From positions 8,398,764 to 8,462,763 of the forward strand of contig CAJINV010000003.1 of NCBI GenBank assembly GCA_905178155.1: 64,000 bases of DNA, written 5' to 3'. Source of the stretch: Amoebophrya sp. A120 (lineage: Eukaryota > Protista > Dinoflagellata). The translations under genes and the position numbers were made by a program. This document shows positions 39,201 to 51,461 of the stretch, in pieces. The notes under the pieces were generated by a model. That model had not been told where the DNA came from and made no database searches. It saw nothing but the letters and a program-made list of their open reading frames with translations. Numbering within the stretch: position 1 is the first letter of the stretch; each line of letters starts with the position of its first letter.

Positions 39201-41161
39201 GGTTGATCATCCTGCTTGTCATCCTGCGTCTCCTTGCCCTGCTGCTGCTCGACTTGAAGGAGCGCTGGCTGGGCTGGTGGCGCTGGAGGACACAGCAACT
39301 CATCCTCGGCCGGCGGCAGCAACGCGTCACGCTGCAACTCCGGCTGCAGCAGTACTTCAGCGTCGCTGTCGTCGTTCTCTGGTAAAAGAATTTGCTTTTC
39401 GAATCGGATACTCGTGCACATCTCGTGTAGCTGCGGGATCCTCCTCCATCTTGGTTCGGTGAGAGCGACGCCCGTCTTCGTCTGCGCGACCGGAGGCTGT
39501 GCAATTATTTTTGCCGCTTCGCCATGCCCGGCGCACTGCGCGATCTGGACCCCGGCACTCGTGGACAATATTTTGTAGCTGTCGCACCACTCATGCCCTG
39601 CAAACATAGCCGCTTTATGATTGCAGTCCGCCGCGGCTGCCTTCAGCTCGCCACCGTTGTTCAGCGGTGGGAGGATCAGGAACTTATGCTCATGGTCGCC
39701 ATGATAGCCTTCCTTGAGCAGCGCATGATCCTCGTCACCCCACTTTCGTCCTAGCAGCGAGTACGCGAATTGAATCGCGGCTCTCTGCGCTTCCTGCACT
39801 CCCCCGCGCCTGGCTTCTCCATGCCACTTGGACCTCTTATCGAGCTTGCCGGCCGCGACAATTTCGCAATCAACGACAAAATTGTGGTAGGAGTGCCCTG
39901 CTGATGTGTTGATATCGTGCCTGCTCCAAATCCGCGCTGGCGTGGCCGCGACTTGCGGATCGGCTAGAAGCTCCTCCAGCGGCACGCGGAGGCGCGGATT
40001 GAATTTTTGCTGTTTTGGTTTATTTACTGCTACTTTGGCGCCCGTGCTGCTGAGGTAGATGACGCTCGGAGTATCGCACACCTCTTCCTCTGGTTTCAAC
40101 ACCTTGACTCCGTGCAGCGCGGCACTTTCTTCCGTGATATCTTCTTCGACTGTATCCGGTTCCTCGTCGTCGTGGAAGAAGTCACGTCGCATTTGATAAA
40201 GCTTTTCTTTCCACTCGGGGTCGTCCCTCATTGACGGGCAAAGGAGCCAGCACTGTAACAGCCTGCTGCTTTCTAGTGCCTCCTTCTCGACCCCGGGAAT
40301 GCCGTGCTCGATCCGCTCATCACCGTCTTCGTGGCATAGTTGGCCCAGCCGCGACATACCGTCGGAAATCGAGAGGGCGACACCGGCAACGTGGTTGAAG
40401 TGCAGGACCGGGACACACGGGAGTAGTTTTTCGATATCTCTTTTCGTATTTTCGTCGACGTTCGGCTTCCGTAAAGTGCCATAGAAGGAGCGCGGCTGGT
40501 TCGACAGGTGGTCGTGCCCGACAATGCATCGGCATCCCTTGAAGGATGGATACACTTCTGCTACTCCGATGGTCATTGCCCGCAGCTCCCGGCTCTTGCT
40601 TGGCCGGTTGTGCTCGTCCGTCCAGGAGCGGCGAATTACCCGGCGCGCCCGACACTGGGGCTTGCCGTGACGGCAATCCGCTTCCTCGTGCACTCCATGC
40701 AGCGAGCACTGGCATCCTTCTTTCGACGAGTCCCCCAACAAGTAGAAGTGCTTGGCGATGTCGTACTCGATTGGGAATATGACAAGCTTCTCGTCGATGC
40801 CGTGCATGAGCGCATGCCAGTGCTTTGCTGCCTTCAAATCCGCCTCGAACTTTTTCACGTCGAGGAACATCTTGTGTCCTCGTTTCAGCGTGTAGCGGCG
40901 CAAATATGCTGCTACCTCCGCATAGCCGTAGAAGAAGTCGCGCACGCCCTCCCATGCTGTAGAGTTGAGTGCTGCTTCGATGCATTCTGCCGTCGGTTTG
41001 AAGGTGAAGTTTTTGATTTTTAGAAGCGCTTTTTCACCGCATACCGTGCCGCCGTCGCGTATGCCTTTCCCGAGTCGCTGCGAAACGAGAAGAGCTACTT
41101 GATTTCTCTTCACTGAGAAGCGGGGGCACGATGGGGGACGCCCAGCGTAAATGAGTCGCAA
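36277..41161 (-). pseudogene. Ty3/Gypsy-like pol remnant: RT C-terminus, RNase H, long insertion, integrase
   Basis: RNase H motifs GDSSKEG, RELRA, HDH, HVAG..SDGMSR; zinc finger H..H..WPGL..CTVC; core FAIDH..GWP..EAPNK with the second Asp lost; VGDLV motif after an in-frame TAG (36830) and a frameshift. RT catalytic core and gag are absent. Confidence 0.85.
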
Positions 41162-42101
41162 TGACTAAACTACTGCGGCCTTGCTCCAATAGAGTTAGGA
41201 GAAGGCCAATCCGCAGGCTATGGGAAGTAGTTTGTATCTCATACTTGCGCAACAAACGCTCAACATCGATCCCCCGAACCGCATTAAGGGCCCCCCGGTA
41301 CGCGTGCAGGCACGACGCACGGCCTCCGGATTCGCAGGAACACTTCACCCGAATCGCCTGCGTGGCATTGCTCTCCAACACTACTCCCCGCAAGTCTAGG
41401 CCAGTGGAGTGCTGCCCCCACAGGATTTTGATCCCGGCGCCGACTTTCAGCGCTTCCGACTTCCGCAGCCCAAAAAGAAAAACCAGCAGAAGCTGGGCCC
41501 GGTCTATTGTGTTCCCGATCTGCATAATGCGCTCCCGAAAAAGTGGCGTCTTCTGGCTGTGGTTAAACACACCTTTACGCCGCAAACTACTGAGAAGGGA
41601 CCAGATGAAACCCTCCTGGACCTCGGTGAGTGAGAGCTGCCCACTTTTCCGCCCCTGTTTCAGCACTAGGCTGGCGCCGTCGTCAAAAGTCTTGTAGCCC
41701 GTGGCTAAAGAAATCGCCACAAAATTCTCCAGACCCCGGTAGGAAACCGGCCAGGGATCGACTCCCTGCGCCCTGGAGATTCTTTCGCACTTCACTATTT
41801 GGGACTTCGTTGTCGAGGCGGAGGACAACGAAGTCACTTGCCCGAGAAACTGAACGCACTGTGACAAAGCCACTGGATCGGCCGCGAGCCGGCACGCCAT
41901 CTTCATTTGCGCTGAGGTGCGAGTCTTGCGAGTCGTGCCACCCGCTGCAGGAACAACAAAATCTTTGCCCACACCTTCTAAAATCTGCGCAACCCTGTCG
42001 CCACGCGGGAGCGGCGCACGCGCATGCTCCTTTTGGCGAGCTTCTTGCTTCTCTTTCAGCCTCTTAAGGACATGAAGCATGGTGGAAAGTGGTAGAAACA
42101 A
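41034..42101 (-). pseudogene. Tyrosine recombinase (YR retroelement type), truncated before the catalytic Tyr
   Basis: FGLRKSE (R), SHSLR (HxxR), HLRWAS (W); N-terminal PWPVS..F.A..GY region; no Tyr follows RW. Confidence 0.8.
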
Positions 42102-43029
42102 AGCGGGCAGGTCGGTATTCCAAATCCTACAGGTACTAGTCTAAGCAAAAAAAAAAGAATAGCGGCTACAGAAGGAATCTATCCCGGAAAGCAGTGTGCT
42201 CAACCCTGAGAAAGAGAGTAATGTAGCCAAATTAAGAGGGACTGGGGCAAGGCCGAACTAAAATCCCCGAAGGAAATGATCTCCAACACCGCAGCGTCAC
42301 TCCACAACGTATTTCTGACCCAAGCACTGCACTACAGCGATCCCATTTCGATCGGAAAGTCTTGGTCTCGCAGAGCGATGAGAGAAGAGAGGTCAACAGC
42401 CACAGTCTAGCGCTCCAGTCAGGGAGAAAGTTCGCAAGGGTAACGGGTTCGAACCGCCAGTGCCAAACGACCCCTCCTCCCATCGCAAAGCGAGGCCACA
42501 AACTAAAACTGTTGCTCCTTCGGGCAAACAGTACCAAAATACCGTCTTCCCACTACGGGAAGGGCACAAAAACCATCCCTGCCACAACTTCAGCTAGGGG
42601 AAACAAAGGACTCGCCTCCTCACATCGAGGAGGGCACCACGCTCCTCCCCCCACAGCAGGAAGAGGAGACTACACACACCCTTGCTACATCAGCGAAAGG
42701 CTCTGACAAGCTCACTCTCTTCACATCAAAGAGAGGAGGACAACACTCCCCTTCCCACAGCGAGAAGGGGGACAGACTACTACCACGGCAGGGGCGTAAC
42801 TCCCTGGAACCTGAGAAAACACAGCAGAGAAAAATCAGCAGACCCAAGGGTCTACCGTCTGCACTAACGTTCTCAGGTTCTGGATACCGTGCAAGGGCTA
42901 GGGCGGGGACCGTATAAAATACCGCCCGACCAGCCTCAGCCTTGGCTCACAAGCTCGCAAGACTCCTGCTGCCCGGGCATACATTTATTTTTGCATTACA
43001 AATGTGAGCCAGCTTTTTTCTGTGGGATA

Positions 43030-46000
43030 CAGGTCGATCGCGAAGTCAAATCGCAGCTTGAGTCCGTCGGTAAGGTGGAAGATGAGTCTTCGCTTGGTCC
43101 TCTTGATAGCGACACGCATTGCAAATATCGACTTGGGTCGACAGGAAGGATAAAAGTACCAGGCTCGCAATGCCGAATCCGTATATTACTTACCCCTGAA
43201 TGACGACCCTGCGGCGCGTGCATGCCTCGGAGCACTTGGCGCTGATGTCTGTCTCTCATGCGAAAAACGCGAATGAGAGTGCGGATTATTACACACTAGA
43301 ACGAAACCGCAGCGGTTTCGTCCTAAATTTCCCATTCATGGCGGAGTACTGGCGTTAGTATTTCGCAATCCTTCACGCACGTACTAGCATTACAATATTC
43401 ATTTTCCCGGACCCACACCTCATATTTGCAACCCATATGCGAACCCTTTTCGAATCACGGCCCCCTCTTCGCACGGCTCGTCCAGGGCCGCCGACGCCGT
43501 GGTCAGGCCATCGATTAGCAGGTCTGGGTCTTCTTCTTCTTCAGGCCTGGCCTTCGACAGCTGCGCACCCGCGCTGGTATAACAAGTACTGGAGGCCATG
43601 TTTACATCAAAAAGACTACTCGTCACCACCGCGATGCGCACACTGAAACCGCCCCCGGCACGTAGATCAGGCAGCACCGGACAACGAAGGTGGAGGCTAG
43701 TATTGGTATTCTCTTCCTCATATGATTTGCAAAAGTGTCTGGGTCTGGAAGATTGCAACTTGTGATGCTAAAGCCGAATCATGCAAAAATCTGTGTTGCA
43801 TGACTGCCCAAAGCTGTGCACTTTCGACCAAGTTGGGAGGAGATTTCTCATGCAGGATAGGCATGACAGAGACCTCACAGACTCTGTCATGCTAGGTCCC
43901 GCATGCCAGACCTCATGGGTCATGGAAAACCTGCATGACAAGTTTACACCCTTCCAGACCAAGACATATTTGCAGTTGATACCTCACCCGCACGGTTTTT
44001 ACCCACGTCTTCCGTCGTGTTCGTCGCACTGGTTTGTATCCACTTCTTCTTATGCATTGCAAACACTGTCCTCTGAGTTGTCTGGAAGGATGCAAGCTCG
44101 TGACGCGAGCACGGCGGGAAGTTGGCACGGACATAATTTCTCTTGCATGCTGCTGAGCAGCAACGTGCACTTCTGCACTTGTTGTCGAGAAGATGAAGGG
44201 ATACATATCTAATATGCAAAATAGGCCTGAGAAAGCATCCTGCGGAAAAAACCTGAGAAAAAGATGCTACCTAGGTGTTGCATTCCAGATGACAGCGCCT
44301 TGGGGTCTCGCTTTAAAAAAGCTGCGCGGCAAACTCCCGCAGTGTTGTTCTTCCAGACCCAGACATGAAATTTGCGTTCATTTGATACTTCACACAGGAA
44401 CACGATATCGCCTGGTCTCGTGCGGCGGTGATAGTACCATCTGCCTTTTCTCCCTCGCTGCCCTCGATGATCAGCTGGCTCTTCATGCACCTCACCAAAT
44501 ATGGATCGACTTCGTGGTAGCGGGCCGTAAGCTTGTATGACAGTGCACAACTCCCCCTCCCCCTCAGTTGTGTTGCATGAAGAGCAACACAAGCGCTGGC
44601 AAAGATGCAGCTTTTGCATGACAAATTCCTAAGGGATTGTAGTGCTGTTTTGGATTCCGGAATCTGTCATGCAAACAGTACTAACAGGCGAAGGGTGGAT
44701 TTGTCATTTTGCGTGACAAATGAGGGGGAGGGGGAGTTGTGCACTTTCATAGCTTGTTGGACTCCACCAGAATCAGGTGGGACGGGTATCCTGTGGAAAA
44801 GCGTCTCTATGTGCCCCGGAGTCAAGACAATGGGAATTAATATGTCGCCACACCGATGTCAACAAGTTTTATTGGATGAGCCGCATGACGATTCAGATTC
44901 TATGCTTGCAGTGTGTTGACCAAGTGTACCTCGGTAGTGCAGCCGCAAAACAAATGGATCGAATCATCCTCATTCTTGCATGAAAAGCTTCCAGATAGCA
45001 TTAGAAATTACTCAACGAGATGGGACTGCGCATGAGAACCAGTTTGGGTTTGCAGCTTTGCATGACTGAGAAATAAAAGGCGTGGGCGCCGTTTCTCCAC
45101 TGGATACGGAGGAAAGCTGCGTCAGCTCCTGGAAATCCGCGTACCCCGGGCCGTCGACGATAGCCCAGTCCTCGTTTGTGCATTGCAAATATGTCCGAGT
45201 CTGGATCTGTCATGCTAAATTTGAAGGAAAACAAAATCTGTAATGCAAGGAAAGAGTTGTGCGCAGCTTTTTTGTCGTGCTGGAAGGGAGTTATTTGTTA
45301 CCTTTATCCCATTTCCGGATGCATTTGCAAGATGCCACACAAGTTTTCTACATGCAGCTGCTATGCCGCACATGCAGCCACTTTGCAATACAAGTGTCTA
45401 TCACCAAGACAAATTTATGCCAGACCCAGACAAAAACTCTTGCAGTGGATACCGTTTCATTCTTCCCGGTCGTCCAGACAGACCCCGTCCCAATAGAGGC
45501 AAATTTCCGGCCGCGACCACTTAATGTAGTGGGAACAAGCCGTCTGCTGGTGCTTCGCAGGTACGTTCGCTTCCCCACCATGATGCTCGGCCCGGTTCAC
45601 TCCTGGGGCGCGGCTTTGGGGTACCGCTTGCCCCACGATCAGCCAGTAGACCAAGCGGCCGACGTAGCCCAGCCGGTCCGTCCGCCCATTGTTGTAGTAG
45701 AGCAGACATATCCCATTGAAAAAAGCAGGCAGGGCATCGATACAACCTGTAATGCGAAAACAAATACACAAAATGATCTACGTAGCGCATTCTATCTAAA
45801 CAGCACTCGATGGGCTGGCCCATGGCAGGTTTTTCTGCTAGTCATTTTTTGCATTACAAACATGCCCTGCATGCTATTTTTCTGTTGTATGATAAGACAG
45901 TAAAACCCGTCCGACATCTGAAGCGGGGTGATGGCGCCCCGCGGGTTGCGGATGACGTTGTGGTTTGAGGAAATTTTCACGAACTAGTATCAAACGCGAA

Positions 46001-49000
46001 TAGAGGTCCGGTTCTCTGTGGAACGAGCGTCCAAAGTTTGTTGTTCGTCCATGTAAAAATTAGGCTGAAATGAAGTCTCTATGTGTTCCTGATGTCGGTC
46101 AAGAATGCCTGTTACTGTTGTGCAATACCAGCGCGGCCCGTCTAGCACCATGCACAAATAACCTGTCTTGCGGGTTAAGCACTAGTACAGGTCCTACGTT
46201 AGCATGACCACAACTTCTTTCGCAACCCAGATGAGCACTTGCATTTGATAAATACTCCTCCGATTCCAAATACTCGGTGACGTTCGCGGCGAAGGAATTC
46301 GCGACTCGCTGGCTCAGCCCGTTCAGCGTTTTGTCTGCCAGCAACTGCTCGTTCCGTTGCGAAGTGAAAGAAGTACAATTTTCAAGCTTAGCTTCCAGCT
46401 CCTGGTCGAACACCAGAGGCGAGACACCGCCATTCCCCGCAGAACTTATTTTGGCGTCCCCCTCAAAAATTATATTTTGTTCCCCCACAAGAACTTCCCC
46501 TTGTCCAGCACTCCTGCGATGATCCCACGTGGTCCCGTAGTCTGTCGAAGTGCAGCATCAAAATGAAAAATCCCCCCTCCCCGTATTGAAACGGAAATTT
46601 CTGTTGCTGGATTTGTGAGGCGTGAGGCGTAACATGATCGCACTCGGAAGAGGTGGAACAGTCAGCAGCCCGAACTCATCGGTTTTGCCAGGTCCACAAC
46701 CCCCTGGGGGTGAAATACGGGGGTGGCTCCGCGTGGCGGCGATCTAGGATCGCTGCCTGGAAGAAGGAGTGGGAGCCTCTTTTCAGATGTACTCCGCAAA
46801 CCTAAGCCAACCACTGCCCCCGCAGTCACAAACTCACACCCGACATCGAGAACCGATGCGAGGGAGACCCCGGCAACCCTTCTCAGCGACCGAATACCGA
46901 GAGGGATAAGTGGAAGTTGCTGGATTTGTGTACACAGCTCTGTCTTGCAATGAGGCACTGCAAGCAAAGCCTCAGCCTTCGTAGGAGTGTTTTTACGTAG
47001 GTGCTTAGCATAGCAGAGGCCCTCGATGTAGTCGTAACAGCATTACAAATTGCCGGCATAGAGCGGCGGACTCTTAGGATTTGCCTCCTTGCAAGAGAGA
47101 CAGGATTTGTGCTCACAAATCGGCATCACAAATTTTTAACAGCATGCCTTTTCTTTATGGGGAGGGGGGATTTTTGCTCACAATATGCAGCTGTCCAAAA
47201 AGCCGAGCTCGGTACGCCAGAAGATCAGCAGCTCGCTTCCCCGGATTTGCAGCACGTGTGCTTCCTCGCCCAGGAGCAACCCCCGCGGGGTTTGGAGACC
47301 GGAAGTGGTGGTCTGGGGACTACACAGTTGATGTTCCGCAGTGGTCGTCGCCGACGGCGAAGTAGGTATTACTTTCGTTGTACCATCCTCGCCCACCGCT
47401 GCCGCCACACCCGCTGGCTCTGCGCTCTCGTCGCTCCTTCCGGGAAGCAATTGGAACACCGCGTTCCGAGTCTGGTTGTTCTGGTGGAGGTGCAGAAAAT
47501 TTTCGCACCGCAACACGAAGGCCTCGCTTCCATAGGATTCCCCGTTCCCGTCGCGCGTTTTTTGAAACGCGAAGAAGCACTGGCCGTCCAGCAGCTGCGG
47601 CTTGTCGCAGCAGAGCGCGCCAATGGTCGGCTTACCCTGCCACGGGTTCGCGGCGTCAATCGCCGTGCGGGGTAGGGGGATTGCCACGCGCTCGCCGGGG
47701 ATCCCGGGGCAGTCGAAGGTTTCCCCGAAATTGTCGCTCCACTTCATCCAGTATGCATTACAAATATGAAAACGCCTTGGTCGTCTGGATTAGGGATCAC
47801 GCGAACTACGGGTAAGTGCACTTTCTCTGCCATGCAGGAAACGACTTTTTGACGCAATTTACGAATCTATCCATCCGAAGCAACAGGCGCCCTAAAAAAA
47901 AATATTGTATATCATCCGTCCTTATTTCTGTGCACGCTGTCACCCAAGAAGAGTCAGCATCATTGCAGTAATTTTCGTGCTTTTAATATCCAGCCCCCGT
48001 CGAATTATTTCAGCTTGATATCCAAAAGCCTTGGTCTGCTTGCATGTCCGTCCGCGAGAGTTTTGTCGTGAAGGTGTCCGCTTCCTGTGCTCGCTATGGA
48101 CTGTAAAAGCAATTTCATTCCACTCTAGTGGGATTTTTGCATTACTGAGTTTTTCGAGTTTTTCCAAAATCGGCCGTGGTCCTAATTTTCCTTGGACCCA
48201 GCAGGTTTTCTCACACATTATGCTCCTTGCACCGAGTAGTACAATTCCCATCAGACTATACTTTTGCACAGGATAGCACTTCCTGTTGCTGCACAGGCCG
48301 GGGTGGTGGTTGGCTCCCCGGGTTCCAGCCATAGAAGAGGTAAATGCGGTTCCCAGCGAGGAGCTGGCACCCGTCGTGGGACTGCGTCTCATTGTCTTCC
48401 ACCGGCTTCTATCAATCGCAAATATGTCTGGGTCTGGAAGGTGGCAACTTGTCATGGTAAATCTGAAGCATGCAAAAATCTGTGTTGCAGCATGAGTGCC
48501 AAAAGCTGTCCACTTTTGACCAAGATGGAAGGGAGTTTCTCATGCAGGATAGGCATCATAGGGATCTCACAAAATCTGTCATGCTATGTCCTGCATTCCA
48601 GACGACATGGATCATAAAAAAATCCGCATGACAAGCTTACAGTTTTCCAGACCCAGACATTTTTGCACTTGGTAGCTTCAGTGCCGACCAGGTCTTCCCT
48701 CCGTCCTCGCTCCGCGTCGAGCACAATGTCAAGCCCGCGCCACCCTCGTGGTTCGCGCTGTGGTGCAGGATGCAGCTCAAAACGTGGCCGGACGTGGTTC
48801 CGCTCTGGAGGTGTTCTGGCCTTACTGCAGTGATGTTCTGGCCTGTATGCAGGGAAAGCGCTGCGTCAATCACGGTGGAAACTAAGTAAGCCTGTGTGTT
48901 GTGGTCGAAACGGTTCTACTTGCAAAAGTGGTTGCATTGCGTCCAAGCAGAAGTACTCGTCGGGCGGCGCTACTTCCGAGTACAGCGATTGCTTTGCGTA

Positions 49001-50230
49001 AGCAGTGCTTCGCCTAAGCAGTGCTTCGGTTCAGTAGTGCCTCGCCTAAGTCGTGCCTCGGCTACGTAGTGCCTCGGTTAAGTAGTGCGCCGCTTCAGTA
49101 ATGCTTTGCCTACGTACTCCCTCGGCTAAGTCTTTCCTCGGCTAAGTAGTGCGTCGCCTAAGTAGTGCTGCGCTTAGCTAGTGCCTCGCCTAAGTAGTGC
49201 CTCACCTAAGTAGTGCCTCGGCTACGTATTAATTGCCTCGGCTAAGTCGTGCCTCGCCTAAGTAGTGCTGCGCTTAGCTAGTGCCTCGCCTAAGTAGTGC
49301 GTCGCTCAAGTAATGCTTCGCCTACGTAGTGCCTCGGCTACGTCTTGCCTCGCCTAAGTAGTGCGTCGCCGGCGTACTGCCTCGCCTAAGTAGTGCTGCG
49401 CTTAGCTAGTGCCTCGCCTAAGTAGTGCATCGCCTAAGTAGTGCTGCGCTTGACTAGTGCATCGCCTAAGTAGTGCCTCGCCTAAGTAGTGCCTCGCCTA
49501 AGTCGTGCCTCGCCTAAGTAGTGCGTCACTTAAGTCGCGCCTCGCCTAGGTTGTGCCTCGCCTAGGTAGTGCCTCGCCTAAGTAGTGGCTCGCTTAATTA
49601 GTGCTTCGCTTAAGTAGTGCTTCCCTTAAGTCGTGCTTCGCTTGAGTGCTTGGCTTGAGTGCTTCGCGTAAGCGTTTCGCGTAAGCGTTTCGCGTAAGCG
49701 TTTCGCGTAAGCGTTTCGCCTAAGTGTTTCGCGTAAGCGTTTCGCTTAAGCTTAAGTGCTTCGCAGCTCCACTCAACAAAAATTTTTGCGGTTGAGGCTT
49801 CGCAGCTCCACGTCTCGACGCAGCATTTTGCTTGCCTACGAATCATAGTAGCCGTTGAGGTCCGAGACCACGGAGCCAGCTTTCAAATCTCTGGAATCCC
49901 GTATTAGCGTGCGCAACTCCCCTCCCCCTCAATTGTCATGCAAAAGGAAACACACCTCCGCATACTGCCTTTGAGCACTATTTTCATTCTGCATGACAAC
50001 TTTCAGCAACCTAATACTCCGCACTGCAGTCGCCCCCATGCGTGGATTTATTGTCACGCAGGCGCTACATTTTGCAAGTCGTGGTCTGTGATGCTGCTCA
50101 TGCCCACCTTCAAATGAGAGAATAAATTGGGGTTGTGCACTCTCATATCCAGCCGCCCGGCCCTCCTTCCGCCGGGTCCATCAGCCGAGAAAAAAGCCAT
50201 CTTGTTCTTCACATAAACATAAGGCGCGAA
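43030..50230 (-). CDS. Asp-box (BNR) beta-propeller, sialidase-like protein; likely disrupted (in-frame TGA 45457, 3' end cut near 42980)
   Basis: Asp boxes SEDGGKTW, SDNFGETF, STDYGTTW plus NPRG, WSRPE and PGYAD motifs assemble in frame after introner removal. The junction across the 49-kb minisatellite is unresolved. Confidence 0.75.
43113..43437. mobile_element. Introner, family A, degenerate left end
   Basis: DR AGCGA/TGCGA; GFA|IKRT in frame on minus. Confidence 0.7.
43721..43981. mobile_element. Introner, family A
   Basis: DR CCTCA/CCTCA; frame restored. Confidence 0.9.
44051..44387. mobile_element. Introner, family A
   Basis: DR CTTCT/CTTCA; CVK|KWIQ in frame. Confidence 0.8.
44536..44751. 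mobile_element. Introner, family D
   Basis: ~29-bp TIR; DR GCTTG/GCTTG; SNK|LTARYH in frame. Confidence 0.92.
44787..45106. mobile_element. Introner, family F (TATCCTGTG.AAAA.CG TIR)
   Basis: TIR present, DR degenerate; removing element plus 5 nt restores frame. Confidence 0.7.
45177..45451. mobile_element. Introner, family A
   Basis: DR TCGTT/CCGTT; left end is TGT instead of TAT. Confidence 0.75.
45709..45894. mobile_element. Introner, family G (GAAAAA.AGCA.GCAGGGCAT TIR)
   Basis: DR AGACA/AGACA; FYCL|LYYN in frame. Confidence 0.88.
45988..46250. mobile_element. Introner, degenerate family A
   Basis: TATCAAA at both ends; DR ACTAG/AATAC; EEY|FVKI in frame. Confidence 0.7.
46556..47185. 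mobile_element. Introner, family E, enlarged by a nested 298-bp insert
   Basis: DR TGCAG/TGCAG; DSC|TSTDYGTTW in frame. Confidence 0.88.
46618..46915 (-). mobile_element. SINE-like or 5'-truncated non-LTR insert
   Basis: 15-bp direct repeat GTTGCTGGATTTGTG at 46603-46617 and 46916-46930; short tandem tail ACGCCTCACGCCT on minus. Confidence 0.6.
47752..48020. mobile_element. Introner, degenerate family A
   Basis: DR TCCAG/TCCAA; QGFW|MKWSD in frame. Confidence 0.78.
48095..48275. mobile_element. Introner (C-like) now bounded by GT...AG
   Basis: TIR remnants, DR lost; minus-strand 48279-48094 reads GT...AG and restores frame. Confidence 0.65.
48410..48674. mobile_element. Introner, family A
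   Basis: DR GCTTC/GCTTC; SALK|PVED in frame. Confidence 0.9.
48990..49770. repeat. Minisatellite: 16-bp unit CTCGCCTAAGTAGTGC grading into 13-bp CGCGTAAGCGTTT
   Basis: Head-to-tail degenerate units with no unique spacers. Confidence 0.95.
49902..50147. mobile_element. Introner, family D
   Basis: DR TCCCG/TCCAG. Confidence 0.8.
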
Positions 50231-51214
50231 CTGCTTCTACCCTTTCACACGAGCCTGACTTTGATTTGTTTAGTGATTCCCTGTCGCTGCACAGTGAATG
50301 CCGAAACAGGAATTGTAATCATGTAAAATTCTTCTCTGCGATAGACTTCCCGGCTCTCCGCGCGCCCCTCTCGACACGTCTTCCACCACGCTGGTGTTGT
50401 AGGAGAGCTCAACAATGACGCCGTTCCTGCTGGGAACTTCGGCGCGGGGCCGCAAACAGGCGACCCAACAGTACGCCGGTGAAAAGTGCGAGAAAGTCTT
50501 GTTCGCGGTGTGCACATAAAATTGTAATTCTCAGTAGAGCTGCTCATCCTGGTAGTAGTATGCATGAACGAGCATTCTTTTCTTCGCCACATCCTAGAAG
50601 TGCTCGCAAAAAATGATACTTTTTGTACGTATCTATTCTTTCTCCCTACCAGATTCACACTACCACCACCTCGAGCGCGGCGAGGGAGAAAACCACAGCG
50701 GCCAGGCAACTGACGGCGGCTCGCTTGTCGTGCGCAATTTCCTCGAAACTTACCGGAGACCAGTGGTTCGTGTAGGGCAAACACCCCATGCCCGCTCCCA
50801 CCAGCAACCGCAAAAGCCCACGCGTCTTATTCGAAGAAAGAACGCGTGTTACCCACCGCAAACTCGATCTGAAGCGCCGCGAGGTTCTTGTCGCTAGTAC
50901 AGCCGTGGGTCGTCCAGCTTCGGTAGGTGTTCGGGTCCTGCTTTGTGGCTCCAATGCATCGCGGTCGCGTGCAGCTATCAGTTGCGGTTTTGGCTCCTGC
51001 TTCCCTAAAAGGGTTTCGGTTAAGTGCTTCGCCTAAATTAGTCGCCTAAATGCTTCGCTTAAGCTTAACTGCTTCGCAGCTCAACCCAGCCAAAATCTAA
51101 GCGTTTGGGGCCTCGCAGCTCCACGTCTCGACGCAGCATTTTGCTTGCCTACGAATCATAGTAGCCGTTGAGGTCCGAGACCACGGAGCCAGCTTTCAAA
51201 TCTCTGGAATCCCG

Positions 51215-51461
51215 TATTAGCGTGCGCAACTCCCCTCCCCCTCAATTGTCGCGCAAAAGGAAACACGCCTCCGCATACTGCCTTTGAGCACTATTTTCAT
51301 TCTGCATGACAACTTTCAGCAACCTAATACTTCGCACTGCAGTCGCCCCCATGCGTGGATTTATTGTCACGCAGGCGCTACATTTTGCAAGTCGTGGGCT
51401 GTGATGCTGCTCATGCCCACCTTCAAATGAGAGAATAAATTGGGGATTGTGCACTCTCATA
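51215..51461. mobile_element. Introner, family D, duplicate of 49902-50147
   Basis: Same DR pair; lies within the tandem duplication. Confidence 0.8.

Noticed and set aside
45457-45459. Stop-codon reassignment (TGA here and near 7730, TAG at 36830)
   Set aside because: Long exons use TGG and CAG/CAA throughout with no internal stops; these isolated cases lie in damaged or mobile genes.
47752-47988. Shorter introner boundary with a perfect TCCAG repeat
   Set aside because: It leaves an in-frame TAA; the 48020 boundary gives a family A TIR and an open frame.
48990-49770. CRISPR array
   Set aside because: Units are contiguous 13-16-mers with no unique spacers, there are no cas genes, and the context is eukaryotic.
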